From an uncultured virus (IMG/VR IMGVR_UViG_3300029309_000002) (taxonomy: Duplodnaviria; Heunggongvirae; Uroviricota; Caudoviricetes), in IMG/VR virus record IMGVR_UViG_3300029309_000002: DNA of 64,000 nucleotides. One strand, 5' to 3'. A program made the position numbers and the translations under genes. The notes under the pieces are model-generated. The model saw only the letters and a list, made by a program, of their open reading frames with translations, was not told where the DNA came from and searched no databases. Positions 19,101-29,145 of the stretch are shown piece by piece; positions within the stretch are counted from its first letter, which is position 1, and the number at the start of each line of letters is the position of its first letter.

Positions 19101-22071
19101 ATACATTATATCCTGCAGCTAAATCATATGAAAATATATATTGTCTAATATCTGCACCATTATTTAAAGTAGAACTCCATGAAGATATAGTTGTTAAATA
19201 CTCTAACATTTCATCTGAGTTATCAAATGGTCCTACACCAACATTTACAGCACTTCCACATCTATCAGTAGTACCATCATAATATGCTGCTTGTTCTCCA
19301 TTAGCATCTATTATACAAGGTTGAACCCCTTTTACTCCAGGAATCTCACCTAATGAGCTTGTTAATAATGTACTTACTAAACCATTTCCAGGAACTTCTA
19401 CACAACTATAATTATACGTACATGTTCCATCATCACAATTAGCTGCTGCATTATAATTATTTGCATTTATATCAGTACATCCAAATATACATGGTATACA
19501 ACATGCATCCCAACCAGCATCATTTTGATATAAAGGAGAAGAAGGAGGATTACAATTACAATCTGCTGTTGCAGCTGGATCATAATTTGTAGCTGTTGAA
19601 TCTGTACATCCTTTAAATAAGCAACTACCATCATCTATAGTTACAACTGGTAATAATTCAGTACCACCTGGACCCAATGTATTACCTGGTCCACCATAAT
19701 TACATGCAAGAGTATCTAAACAACCATAAACAATAGTATCTGGTGCATCAATAGTTACAACTAGTTGTGTAATACAAGGTGGATTAGTTGATGAATCAGT
19801 AACTACTAAAGAGTAAACACCGCCTGGTAAACCTGTTAAATTTTGAGTTGTTCCATATGCTACACCATCCTTAAACCATTGGAAAGTATATGGTCCAATA
19901 CCACCTCCTACAGTAACGGTTATAGCGCCATCATCTGTTGTATCATTTGTAGCATCAGTTTTTGAATCTAAACTTGCAAATAATGTACAACAAAAAGTAC
20001 ATGAACCATCATCATTTACAGCTAAAGGATTATAGTTACATGCTGTTGGATCTGTACAACCCTTATTTTCATTTCCAGATGAAATAACCGGAGGAATATA
20101 ACACTGCTCATGTGGTCTATCTGGACAATCTTCTACGCATGTATCATCTGTTACAGTTACAGATATTTTTTGTGAGTTACAATTTCCAGTAGTAGTTATA
20201 CATGTACATAAATCAAATATATGATTAGTATCTACAGAAGCATTTGGTACACAATATCTAAATAATCCATTTTCATCTGTTTCTCCTATAACACCACCAT
20301 TCCATATTATTTCATAACCTTCTACTCTATTTCCATTCTGATCTGATATAATAAATAATAAACACTCTGTATCTTGACATGTTGTTACATCAGCAAATTC
20401 ATTTATATCATTTGCAAATTGTTCAGGTTGAAACTGTAATGTTGCTACATCAATACCCCAACCAAATTTATCAAGTCCTCCAAATCCTTGAGAATAATAT
20501 GGATTACCTAAAGTTATATTTTCTAAATTTGCTAATGAACAAGTAGGTGCACCATTATTTGGTAAAGCATTATTTAGTATGAATACTCCGTCTGGTGATC
20601 CTCCTGTAAAGTTTGCAACTGTAACATTTGTTAAATTACTTGTTATTGTAGTATTACCAAAACCACCAGGTGTTGCTTGTGTCAATAAAAGTTGAGGACC
20701 TGTATTTAAAACAACATCTTGCACACTTATCTGTCCTCCATGTCCTTGTGGACTTTCTATACATGCTTTTAATGATAATACAATATTTAAAATACCATTT
20801 GCAAAAACATTAAATGTATTAGTTGCAAGATCTTCAAATGTTCCAGCAGTATATGTTCTGCTTAGTCCTTCCGTTGATATTAATGTAATTTGTTGACCTA
20901 CTGTAGGTATTGTAAAACTAAAAGTAATTGATCCTGTAGCAGCTACATCAGGTTTATTACCTGAAGATATAGCACCCAATGCATGTAAACCAAATGGTCT
21001 ATGTGTATCATTAATATTAGTAGGTTTTGTAGGATATAAAAAACACTTATATTCATGTGTAGGATTTTGAGATAAATATAATGCTCTCTGTTGTTTAAAT
21101 TCACTATAATCTGCTTTCCAACATGGTGTTAATGATGCATCAGATCCATCTGCTGCAGTTCCTGTACCTATAGTTGCAGCAGCCCATGTCATTGCTGTAG
21201 GTGGCACTATACTTGATCTGTTATGATATGGTTGTGCAACACTACCATCTGTATTACCTTGTGCTGATTCATCAGCAAAAACTATTACTAAAACATTCTT
21301 TGCAGTTGCAGAAGGAGGTAAACCTATTGTAGGATTAGTTAATGCATATGTACCACCTATATTAGCACCAGCACCCCCACTATTATATATTGTTAAACCA
21401 TTATCTTCAAATAACTTTAATGTTTGCCACATTTTTGAATTAGCATTTGAAGGAAGAACTGCATCTGAAAATGTTGATTGTACACAAGGACCATAATCAA
21501 CTGGTGGTGTATTTGTATTACATCCTGAATCTACACCTCCACAAGATCCTGAATTATTAAAAATTCCTGTTATAGGTTGTATTGCCCAATCTAACCATCT
21601 TTCGCCTGCTACTGAAGTATGAAAGTCTTGAATAAGACCTTTAGGATTAGGACAACCACTTAGTGAATTATTTTCTCCACCTAGTGTATTTATCCACTCT
21701 TTTACTGCTTGATATGATTTTAATACATCTGAAGCTGTTAGAGAAGATGCATCATAATAACAATATATTTGAACATCTTCATTTGCCATACCACATAAAG
21801 CATCTACCCATGCAGGTCTATCTGCATCATTAAGAGCTCCTTCTGATGGTACTGTATATTTTGTTGTTGTTGTAACTTTTTTAGAATATGTAAAGATTTC
21901 ACTATCTTGATAATCACATATATATTTGGTATTTAATTTAGAAGTATAGTTTGATGTACAACAAGATCCTACTCCGTATCTATTATACTTATACTTTTTA
22001 AAGACTTCATCAGCAAAATCACGCTCAATGTTTATCTTTTTAACCGTGTAATCTTTTTTATCTTTACTCAT
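16192..22071 (-). CDS. Large Cys-rich fibre/adhesin-like virion protein with GCTDxxAxNY repeats, SprB-like repeat and degenerate vWA-like N-terminal region
   Basis: 1959 aa; five GC[TL][DQ]xxAxNY repeats; GAITVTVGGGIGPYTFQW...LTGLPGGVYSLVVTDS (SprB-type); YCYYDASS and VLVIVFADE. Confidence 0.65.
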   Translation of the reverse strand: MSKDKKDYTVKKINIERDFADEVFKKYKYNRYGVGSCCTSNYTSKLNTKYICDYQDSEIFTYSKKVTTTTKYTVPSEGALNDADRPAWVDALCGMANEDVQIYCYYDASSLTASDVLKSYQAVKEWINTLGGENNSLSGCPNPKGLIQDFHTSVAGERWLDWAIQPITGIFNNSGSCGGVDSGCNTNTPPVDYGPCVQSTFSDAVLPSNANSKMWQTLKLFEDNGLTIYNSGGAGANIGGTYALTNPTIGLPPSATAKNVLVIVFADESAQGNTDGSVAQPYHNRSSIVPPTAMTWAAATIGTGTAADGSDASLTPCWKADYSEFKQQRALYLSQNPTHEYKCFLYPTKPTNINDTHRPFGLHALGAISSGNKPDVAATGSITFSFTIPTVGQQITLISTEGLSRTYTAGTFEDLATNTFNVFANGILNIVLSLKACIESPQGHGGQISVQDVVLNTGPQLLLTQATPGGFGNTTITSNLTNVTVANFTGGSPDGVFILNNALPNNGAPTCSLANLENITLGNPYYSQGFGGLDKFGWGIDVATLQFQPEQFANDINEFADVTTCQDTECLLFIISDQNGNRVEGYEIIWNGGVIGETDENGLFRYCVPNASVDTNHIFDLCTCITTTGNCNSQKISVTVTDDTCVEDCPDRPHEQCYIPPVISSGNENKGCTDPTACNYNPLAVNDDGSCTFCCTLFASLDSKTDATNDTTDDGAITVTVGGGIGPYTFQWFKDGVAYGTTQNLTGLPGGVYSLVVTDSSTNPPCITQLVVTIDAPDTIVYGCLDTLACNYGGPGNTLGPGGTELLPVVTIDDGSCLFKGCTDSTATNYDPAATADCNCNPPSSPLYQNDAGWDACCIPCIFGCTDINANNYNAAANCDDGTCTYNYSCVEVPGNGLVSTLLTSSLGEIPGVKGVQPCIIDANGEQAAYYDGTTDRCGSAVNVGVGPFDNSDEMLEYLTTISSWSSTLNNGADIRQYIFSYDLAAGYNVLCPVCSVPPAPPGILNTAPANPIRITFNFLYNWGTIIPNATQVSGGIYAYKYYTDLIELYSDIQLLFNAGVIILNDPQGNTITTAGAFTNTGPVAGTLSTEEINNAFAIAPYGWSTGGTEIKPNITMDFALCQCDVTQDTECECQEMLDGSGVYPTLADCSNDLTCCNTTPPPLLWECFTGAVSDSCNLKIGFSPMLLFLNDISAINTWCAIPPFNTDTGFNTYKYRVSGSAGSCIVPGTGVQGDSYWKSFISIELSVYDPSAGQSVTLGGLGISNWSWMDLLQYLNDAGIDGTTVDPVTGNTTPYLLNGATFSQVQSVIGQFNHPGGVVAGFELHYQVANCTCTYDDCTCIESVNGTYATEEECTAQCCGDSVNNEVAGCTQPSAANYNPGATVDDGSCYACAPAPGDFLFVGSVGEISYTTDTNGTTDPSSYNVADGIIEINPTTLINGIPIAGSIQDYNATLYSATNGQSPLVANQLSQSPIIFNNLVADVYTVVFNHEDYPDCPESITITLADATPQVLYKCLPGVLTDSTSNLVFVNAFNPALQQIPLQAFANDAAFAEEITSTPVMFQMRLLWGFVAGSTDPSKCYSALWNGTKKIPSQLRVLDGAEVIYTDSTLTNTWLQAVKFDIIPAINNLSGVFINDSKIYHMNITELNTYLGSTKAGLRIQMDFSDASCSVTETQCIEDQEGIYTSEQSCLDNALCPTALTGTNSGCSLSGNAEPTNVVTGSNTVAGNSTPYVNNDNCLWCSNFISNPNGSPANQGGGNPGFSRLGQISAGLLSYFPIAADNTPNVGGANSVTYSSVATNNTTQMAGFLPVDKLYPGVYFHLSADDGNDLTNSSVGNCITIKKVLVGGDSNAFLDSGGNPQIIWGTDISDPYSYMPASAISVQFTNIIVNLNPGNGTYAIEIRDNTTGNLVESATGVTQFTSNNLPSGNYRVIVTIEAGNPFAGGKFEYGDFGEQIII

Positions 22072-22072
22072 T

Positions 22073-22204
22073 TTATTTTTTAATGTCTAATGATGCATTA
22101 TAAGTATGTACACATTGTTTACATACAATAGCTCCATCTTTTGCTGTTGTCTTTTGACACCCACAACCTATTTGCCTTTTGCAATGTTTACATGTTGCTG
22201 CCAT
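22073..22204 (-). CDS. Small Cys-rich (zinc-finger-like) protein, 43 aa
   Basis: Below the track cut-off; MAATCKHCKRQIGCGCQKTTAKDGAIVCKQCVHTYNASLDIKK; fills the gap between genes and has an A-rich AAAAACCAAAA leader. Confidence 0.7.
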   Translation of the reverse strand: MAATCKHCKRQIGCGCQKTTAKDGAIVCKQCVHTYNASLDIKK

Positions 22205-22222
22205 ATTTTTTTGGTTTTTAAT

Positions 22223-22768
22223 TTAACAATTTGAACAAGTTATTTTACTTAATTTTGATTTTGCATAAGTATAAAGTTCTAATCCAGCCCCAGGGCTTGC
22301 ACAATATTCAACTTTAGCTTTAGCAGCATCTATATATAATTTTATATCCATCATTTCATCTAACAATGCTTGCCTATCTCTAGATGGCTCACATGTTTCA
22401 ATATCAAGTTTACACAACTTATCATACCAAGTCTTCATAATATTTGTAATACGTAAATAGTTGTATTCTACAAATACTTTATTATGAGGGCTTACTTGAT
22501 ATCTTATAATATACAATCCATCTGGTAATACAGTTCTTTTAGTATTACAATCTGTAGTTTGTATACCTAATGAACATGATTCTAGTACTAAATCAAATCC
22601 TTCCTTTACTTTAATTAACGCAGGTTTGTTAAAACCAGGCGGAGTTATTAAAATTTCAGGACAATCTATCTCAAGATTTTTTGCATATTTACTAGTATCT
22701 TTTATAGCAAATACGTCTGGATTTGAAACATTTAATACTTCTAAGCTTAGTATATGTTTTGCTGCCAT
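22223..22768 (-). CDS. Hypothetical virion structural protein
   Basis: 181 aa; LPDGLYIIRY beta motif plus helical C-terminus; preceded by the late-promoter motif. Confidence 0.5.
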   Translation of the reverse strand: MAAKHILSLEVLNVSNPDVFAIKDTSKYAKNLEIDCPEILITPPGFNKPALIKVKEGFDLVLESCSLGIQTTDCNTKRTVLPDGLYIIRYQVSPHNKVFVEYNYLRITNIMKTWYDKLCKLDIETCEPSRDRQALLDEMMDIKLYIDAAKAKVEYCASPGAGLELYTYAKSKLSKITCSNC

Positions 22769-22805
22769 TTATTTATAGTTATAAATTGTAAAAATAGTAT
22801 CTATT

Positions 22806-22820
22806 AATAATATACAAAAT
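22806..22820 (-). promoter_or_regulatory. Candidate phage late promoter ATTTTGTATATTATT
   Basis: Copy of the shared motif, between a terminator and the ATG at 22768. Confidence 0.5.
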
Positions 22821-22834
22821 ATTAATAAGAATTG

Positions 22835-22867
22835 AAAAAAAAAGGGTGGGATATTTCACCCACCCTT
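22835..22867 (-). terminator. Rho-independent terminator
   Basis: AAGGGTGGG/CCCACCCTT 9-bp stem followed by a T run on the minus strand, after 22894..24198. Confidence 0.8.
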
Positions 22868-22893
22868 CTTATTAGTAAATATATAGTTAAATA

Positions 22894-24198
22894 CTATAAA
22901 GTAGTAATTCCAATGTTTCTACCAGAAGCTAAAGCTTCATTATTGAAACCATCTAAGAATAACTCAAATGCAGTTTGTCCAGCAGAATCAGCACAATCAA
23001 AATATATGTTATATATATATTGATCATTATCAAACACACCTGTAGGGTTATTAAACCTTGGAACAGTGTGTTGAATCATGTACCTTTTATAGAATGCTGT
23101 TCTATCTACAGCACCTAAGATATTAGTACCCTTCTCAATTTCTCTAAATCTTGCAGAGTCTCTATTACCTTGGTTGTGTCCACCATCTTGAGAGTATCTT
23201 CTATCTAAAATAAGATCTCTTAAGACATTTTCACCTGTAGTTTCTCTCTTTAAAAGGTCAACTGTAATACCTTCTGCAGGCATTGCAGCTTGTGCACCTC
23301 CTGAAGAAGCAGCACCTGTTAAACAAGTATCTACACAAACATCACCATCTTCATCTAATACAGTAGCTTTCATAATTAATGGTTCTGTATCAACATTATC
23401 TCTAGTGTCAAATGAACAATTATCAAAGAAAGTTGCAGTATAACCTAACGTTAATCTTAAAATATTATTACCTGAAGTACCTGCTGTAACAGATGCAGTA
23501 ACAAAAGGATTAACAATTGGGTCAGCATTAATTTGATTTGCAAATTCAGCAGCAACTGCTGCACCTGTTAAGAAGTTACCTGGATCCATATTAGCACAAC
23601 AATCTTTAATATAGTAAGTTGAATATGCAAATCTGTTTAAGTAACGTAATACAGCATTTCCTTTGAAATCTAATCTAAGTTGATTTCCTAATGATGTTGA
23701 ACCATTACATTCAAAACACGTATCTGGTACTTGTATTTCAATAACACCAGTATCAACTGTACCACATACATTACCATCTTTGTATAAAGCAGTTAAATAC
23801 TTAGGTACAATAATCTTACTTTTGTAAGATTCTGCATAACCTCCGTGAAAGTTAACTGCTGGTGGATATGCTGCTGGAGTTGTAGATGTAGATCCATTAC
23901 CAATAACATCATCACCAGCACCTGGAGATGCAGCACTATTTGTACCAGTTAAGTTATGATTACCTTGTCCAATTAAATAACCAGTTGTTAATAATCCATT
24001 TGAAGTTGTTCCAGCAGTACTAGAACTACCTAAATGTGTTGCACTAGTTGCAGGTTTTGCAACACTTGCATACGTTGCCGCATCCAAGATTGCTAGTTTA
24101 CCAGCTTGTAATGCTGATGATGCAGTTCCTTCTCCTTCAATAAGGTCACCAGAACTTACAACATAAGTTTGCCTGTAAGCATGATTAAAATAAGCCAT
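22894..24198 (-). CDS. Abundant virion structural protein (auxiliary capsid/decoration-like)
   Basis: 434 aa, Ala/Gly/Thr-rich; has its own upstream AT motif and downstream terminator, suggesting high expression; three genes from the MCP. Confidence 0.5.
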   Translation of the reverse strand: MAYFNHAYRQTYVVSSGDLIEGEGTASSALQAGKLAILDAATYASVAKPATSATHLGSSSTAGTTSNGLLTTGYLIGQGNHNLTGTNSAASPGAGDDVIGNGSTSTTPAAYPPAVNFHGGYAESYKSKIIVPKYLTALYKDGNVCGTVDTGVIEIQVPDTCFECNGSTSLGNQLRLDFKGNAVLRYLNRFAYSTYYIKDCCANMDPGNFLTGAAVAAEFANQINADPIVNPFVTASVTAGTSGNNILRLTLGYTATFFDNCSFDTRDNVDTEPLIMKATVLDEDGDVCVDTCLTGAASSGGAQAAMPAEGITVDLLKRETTGENVLRDLILDRRYSQDGGHNQGNRDSARFREIEKGTNILGAVDRTAFYKRYMIQHTVPRFNNPTGVFDNDQYIYNIYFDCADSAGQTAFELFLDGFNNEALASGRNIGITTL

Positions 24199-24342
24199 TT
24201 TTCTATTGCCTCCTATTTTGTTCAGAGGACTTTTTTTAGTTACAATACAGAATGGGTTTACTATACCAGTGCAAAAGTACCCAAACCTGAACTCTTACAC
24301 CTCCTATATATAATATAATACTTTTTATTTAAACAATCCGTA

Positions 24343-25050
24343 TTAATTATTTTTTTCTGCCATTTGTGATCCTCTTACAGCCTGAGCTGCATCATTAATA
24401 TCACCTGCAATAATTGATACTGCTTCATCAATAAGTAACTCAACAATATCATCTTTAAATTCACATTCTATATCAGCAGCTGATAATGCATTTGTATAAG
24501 GATCAACACATCCTTGAATTTCTATATTAATTGGTTTTCTATAATATAGTAATCTTGGATTAACAATATCAAAATCTCTTTTATATAATCTTATTTGATT
24601 ATTATTTAATGTACAAAATGTTTCACCCCATTCAAAGTCTGGTCTTTTTAATGGATCTCTCATATACATATCTATATTAGCTTCTTCTACTAAATAAACC
24701 GTCATTGACCTAGGTTCTTTATTACAACACTCTGTAGTAGCATCTAAATCAACTCTTTTAAATTCCAAATATTCTTCAGGAAAATTAGTTGCTACATCAA
24801 ACTTATCATTAGGTGATATAGTAAATAAAACTGTAGTAGTTAATAATCTTTGTAGATCATCTATTCTTCTTTTAGATCCTTCATCAGCTTCTTTATATAA
24901 GTTATTACCATGTAATTGTCTTCTACACCATTCAATTTGTGCTTTATTAAAAGATTCAACAATTTGCCAGCACTCTATATTATCATAGTCACTGCTGGCA
25001 ATCTTGTTAAGTCTTTGTCTAAATTTTAATTCAAGTGTAGTATTATTCAT
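24343..25050 (-). CDS. Probable ring/head-tail adaptor (P22 gp4-like) protein
   Basis: 235 aa; FNKAQ helix, ..LLYYRKP.. and 'ELLIDEAVSII' C-terminal helix like crAss-type ring proteins; position. Confidence 0.55.
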   Translation of the reverse strand: MNNTTLELKFRQRLNKIASSDYDNIECWQIVESFNKAQIEWCRRQLHGNNLYKEADEGSKRRIDDLQRLLTTTVLFTISPNDKFDVATNFPEEYLEFKRVDLDATTECCNKEPRSMTVYLVEEANIDMYMRDPLKRPDFEWGETFCTLNNNQIRLYKRDFDIVNPRLLYYRKPINIEIQGCVDPYTNALSAADIECEFKDDIVELLIDEAVSIIAGDINDAAQAVRGSQMAEKNN

Positions 25051-25052
25051 AA

Positions 25053-26069
25053 TTACATTGTCATTAAGTAGTCAAACTCTTCTTTACAGCTTTTTAAAAG
25101 CTCATCATTTTTTGGATTCTTTAAATATTCTACAACTCCTTCTTTAGTAGTAGAAATCTTAGCTCCTGTGTCCCTGTGATAAATATATCCATCAGACTTA
25201 GTAGTAAATACATTTGCAGCTAATAAATCTTTTACTAATACTTGAAGTTGTAAATCTTTATTAGATGTCTTAGATGATTTGATAAATAATTTAGAAGCTT
25301 TTTCACTACTCTTCTCAGCACCATCACCAGTTACATATAGATCCATTACTTCATATAAAACATCAATAGGTGTAGAATCTGTATACTGTGTACTATTATA
25401 ATCTAATAATTTTGTTATATATAATAATTTAGTTTTATCTGTGTCATAAAGATCTGATAAAATACCTAATGCTTTATTTCTAACTTTAGAAATTTTAGTT
25501 CTTTCTTGAATTGTTTCTTTTCTTTCATCAAGATAGAATTTATATTTACCATCTAACTTTGCTGCTTCTAAACTAGGAGCAACTAATGAAAAACCTCCAG
25601 CTCTAATTGCATATAGTTTTAATAAATCATAAGGATCAGTAGATGGATCTAAAAATATAGGATCATTTCCTACACTTACATTTACTTTTTCCCAAAATTC
25701 ATCATTATCTGGTCTTACTACTTTTACTTTAGACCAAAATTCTGGATCTTTAACATCTATAATATTTGTAGCTAATTCTTTTTCTAATTGACAAACAACT
25801 TCTCTAATTTCTTTTACCTTTGCAGCTTTTTCTTTTGCAGGTAGTTTTTTAATTTCAGGTGAAAATTCATTTAAACCTGTAATGTATCTTCTAATTCCAT
25901 TTCTTTCAAGACATGTAACAGACTCTGTGTGTTTTACACCTTCATGTAATGTCATTGAATATTTTTCTAACCCCATATTTTCTATATTAGGATTAAAGTA
26001 AGGGCGTATAGTTATTGCATCACCCTTAACTGCATTTGTTTTTTCTGTAAATGTTACTGTATTTTCCAT
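25053..26069 (-). CDS. Conserved-type phage protein immediately downstream of the MCP
   Basis: 338 aa intact ORF; position only. Confidence 0.5.
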   Translation of the reverse strand: MENTVTFTEKTNAVKGDAITIRPYFNPNIENMGLEKYSMTLHEGVKHTESVTCLERNGIRRYITGLNEFSPEIKKLPAKEKAAKVKEIREVVCQLEKELATNIIDVKDPEFWSKVKVVRPDNDEFWEKVNVSVGNDPIFLDPSTDPYDLLKLYAIRAGGFSLVAPSLEAAKLDGKYKFYLDERKETIQERTKISKVRNKALGILSDLYDTDKTKLLYITKLLDYNSTQYTDSTPIDVLYEVMDLYVTGDGAEKSSEKASKLFIKSSKTSNKDLQLQVLVKDLLAANVFTTKSDGYIYHRDTGAKISTTKEGVVEYLKNPKNDELLKSCKEEFDYLMTM

Positions 26070-26102
26070 TTTATAAATTTATTAGTTTTTTAATTTTGGT
26101 TT

Positions 26103-26142
26103 AAAAGAAAGTAGGAGGAGCACTAAGCTCCCCCGTCTTTCC
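26103..26142 (-). terminator. Rho-independent terminator after the major capsid gene
   Basis: GAAAGACGGGGGAGC-TTAGT-GCTCCTCCTACTTTC followed by TTTT on the minus strand. Confidence 0.65.
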
Positions 26143-26156
26143 TATCATTAATAAGA

Positions 26157-27779
26157 TTAGAATGATCCTCCAGTAACTGGATTCTTCATAACAATCTTAA
26201 GCACTTTAGTTGGGTCTTTTACCCATACAGAAGGCATGGTTTGTGTCATCATCACTCTATATCCATTGAAGTGTCCTGAAGACTGGAATCCTTGAGTTCT
26301 TCCCATGTAGTCCATAGTACCATTTTGGTAGAACCACTTAAGTTGATTATCCCAAGAAAGCTTCAATAAGAAGATGTTATCATTACCCTCATCAGTTACA
26401 TCAAAGATGATGAAGCTGTAAGAAGATAATGGTCTACCATCTACTAATGGATTCTCAATGTCATTAGTGTGAAGATTATCAAACGCTGGATTCAATACAA
26501 ACTTAACGTTTGCTAAGAATGGAATTACCATACTAGTGTATGCAAATCCAAACCCTAAATCCATACCTGATCCTGTAATAGCTCCAATATTATCAGCATT
26601 TGTAACCATACCGTTAGCACCAGCAGCTCTTGCAGCAATAGCTTCATTCACTAACTGCATACCTCCAATACCAGTTTGTACAATTAACTGACGTTTTGGA
26701 TCTGGTCCATCAAAGTCAACTTTACCAGCATAGAAGTTATATAATTCATTTCTGAACATATCCATGCTAAATTGAGTTTTGTTGTACACTCTTTTGAATG
26801 AGTTATCTAACTGCTTCCAAAGACCAACAGACATTCTGATGTCATCTGGACCGTCTTGTCTAACTCTACCACCGTGACCCCACATTAAGTAGCACTCAAT
26901 GTCATTTGCAATTTTTGTTAAATGTGCAGCTTCCAAAGAAGTTAAGAACGTTCTTGAAAGTGTACCATTTTCAAATGCACTCTTCATGTAGCCTTTACCC
27001 ATTGCAGATGCAATAGACTCAATAGACTTTAAAGATGGATCAAGATTCTTGTCAAAGTTTCTCCAGATCTCAGTTACAGGTACAGTACCATCAGCATTCA
27101 TTCCTCCTTTGATCATAAGATCAGCTCTAGAAGAAATAGAATAATGAACGTGTGCTTCAGCTCCTCCAACAAAGTTGTAGAATTCTCTAAAGCCTGCTCC
27201 TGTCTGAATATCAGAAAATCTTTCACCGTACTCACCTCTTGCAGAACCTTTTCTAAAGAATTTAGTTCCTGCAGTTAAGTACTTTCCAGTATCTAATCCA
27301 GCAGCTGAATCATTATTTACAAGTGTCACAGTATAGATAAATCCATCACCTGATGGTACAATATCATCAGCTGTAATGTAAAGTTCTTTACCGTTATACT
27401 TATCATATGTGATGATATCCCCATGACCAAAATCTCTTTTAGATAATCTGATCTTAAAAGGTACGCCATCAGCACCTACAGTTCCAGTAACTCCTGTTGG
27501 AGCTCCTAATGAAACAGGTAGGTCTTGAGAGATAGGTGTTTGCCACTTATACTCCCCTCTAGCATTGTCCACCATAATTGTGTTCTTACCACCAAACGAT
27601 GCCATTTGATACAAAGGCATTTCTACCTTTTGTGTCATTGCCCACAGTTCCACTGGACCCATGTCCATAGGCTCTGCGTCACCAAGCATGTTAGTTAAGT
27701 GATATGAATCAATATGAGAACTAGCCTTGTAGCTTGTGTCTCTTAAAAAGAGACCGTTGTTTAAACTAGGTGTTGCCAT
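26157..27779 (-). CDS. Major capsid protein (HK97 fold, crAss-like)
   Basis: 540 aa after portal and scaffold; EYKW N-arm, IECYLMWG and 'GLWKQL' motifs; followed by a terminator; C-ending codons more frequent than in neighbours. Confidence 0.8.
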   Translation of the reverse strand: MATPSLNNGLFLRDTSYKASSHIDSYHLTNMLGDAEPMDMGPVELWAMTQKVEMPLYQMASFGGKNTIMVDNARGEYKWQTPISQDLPVSLGAPTGVTGTVGADGVPFKIRLSKRDFGHGDIITYDKYNGKELYITADDIVPSGDGFIYTVTLVNNDSAAGLDTGKYLTAGTKFFRKGSARGEYGERFSDIQTGAGFREFYNFVGGAEAHVHYSISSRADLMIKGGMNADGTVPVTEIWRNFDKNLDPSLKSIESIASAMGKGYMKSAFENGTLSRTFLTSLEAAHLTKIANDIECYLMWGHGGRVRQDGPDDIRMSVGLWKQLDNSFKRVYNKTQFSMDMFRNELYNFYAGKVDFDGPDPKRQLIVQTGIGGMQLVNEAIAARAAGANGMVTNADNIGAITGSGMDLGFGFAYTSMVIPFLANVKFVLNPAFDNLHTNDIENPLVDGRPLSSYSFIIFDVTDEGNDNIFLLKLSWDNQLKWFYQNGTMDYMGRTQGFQSSGHFNGYRVMMTQTMPSVWVKDPTKVLKIVMKNPVTGGSF

Positions 27780-27840
27780 TTTTTTTCACTTTTTTAGTTA
27801 ATAATTAATTTAATATACATACAATTTCCATTGTTTTTTT

Positions 27841-29145
27841 TTAAAATCTTTTAAAGATATTATTACTTCTAGGTAATGTTCTTCTTCTTGTGCTTGGTTT
27901 TTCTGTAGTTGTCATTTTATCATTAGCAGAAGCATTCTTACCAGCCTGAGCAGTTTTTAATTTTCTAACTGTTTGCTCTACAGCTTTATTTGTTCCTTTA
28001 GTCATCACCTGTGCTTTATAACCTTGTGGATCAGATAATAACCACAATGCTTCAGTAACAAGTGAATAGTTTGGCTCAACAAATTGATACTTTTCTAACA
28101 AATGTCCTAATAAATTAGTATTCTGTCCACTAATAGAAGGATATTGAGGATTCACCAAACCATTATATAAAAGAGCTTGAGTCTTCTTATTTATTTTAAG
28201 ATCACCAACTTTACCATCTTTTAATGTATTATATACGTTAGCCATATAATTTTCAGATGCCTTTTGTTGTTGAGCTTTTTTCATTTCTTGTTGTTGTAAT
28301 CTTCTTGCAACAACTTGCTCTTGCATTTTATCTAATTTTGGTTTAAATTTATTTGCTTGTTTTTCAAGCTTACCTAAATCTTTCCAAATATCTATTTCTT
28401 CTTGAATATCTTGTGGTGTACCATAGCCTGTAGCTGTTAAGTATTCTCTTACTATATGTTCTTGTCCAGATTCAGAAGAAGTTGAAAGTTCTTTAACTTC
28501 TTCAACCTGTGCTAAAGCACCAAACAAACCTTTAAGATCTGTACCACCATCTGCTACATATTTTGCAGCAACTTGCAATTCTTGTGGTAAACTATTAAAG
28601 AACTGCTTTGGTGTTTCTTTTCTTACTGCATTAGCTCTTTCATCCATATTAGCTTGGATAAGTTCTTTCCAATCTTTTGCAGTATATTCATCAAGATCTT
28701 TATCATCATCAAAAGGAATGATTTGTTCATCATCAATCATTTTCTTAAAGACATCTGCCATGCCTTCAATCCTTTTTCTACCTTTTGCAGTTGATTTCTC
28801 ATCTTCTGACTCAGCAAGCTCTAAACCTTCATTTAGTATTTCTTCTACCTCATCAGCTTTTATTTCTGGTTTAGCTTCTTCTTTTACTTCAGTTTTAACT
28901 TCTTCTTTAACAGCTTCAGTTTTCTCTTCAGTTTTCTCTTCAGTTTTTGGTTCTTCTTTTACTTCTTCTTCTTTATTATCTAAAAAAGATAAATCTACAT
29001 TTTCAGGTTTTGAAAATATATTTGGTTTTTTTGTTTCATTTTCAGAAGTAACTATAGAATCAGCACCTGGAGCTCCATTAAAGATCTCATCTATGTTTAC
29101 ATCTACTGATTCTACTGTCGTTGTTTCTTTCATTTTTTCTGCCAT
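27841..29145 (-). CDS. Scaffold-like acidic protein
   Basis: 434 aa between portal and MCP; E/K-rich low-complexity N-terminus, coiled coil, basic C-terminal tail. Confidence 0.6.
   Translation of the reverse strand: MAEKMKETTTVESVDVNIDEIFNGAPGADSIVTSENETKKPNIFSKPENVDLSFLDNKEEEVKEEPKTEEKTEEKTEAVKEEVKTEVKEEAKPEIKADEVEEILNEGLELAESEDEKSTAKGRKRIEGMADVFKKMIDDEQIIPFDDDKDLDEYTAKDWKELIQANMDERANAVRKETPKQFFNSLPQELQVAAKYVADGGTDLKGLFGALAQVEEVKELSTSSESGQEHIVREYLTATGYGTPQDIQEEIDIWKDLGKLEKQANKFKPKLDKMQEQVVARRLQQQEMKKAQQQKASENYMANVYNTLKDGKVGDLKINKKTQALLYNGLVNPQYPSISGQNTNLLGHLLEKYQFVEPNYSLVTEALWLLSDPQGYKAQVMTKGTNKAVEQTVRKLKTAQAGKNASANDKMTTTEKPSTRRRTLPRSNNIFKRF

Noticed and set aside
16192..22071. Diversity-generating retroelement target
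   Set aside because: No reverse transcriptase and no adenine-variant template/variable repeat pair seen in the window
28870..28975. Tandem DNA repeats (CTTCAGTTTTCT units)
   Set aside because: They encode the KTEE low-complexity linker of the scaffold-like protein
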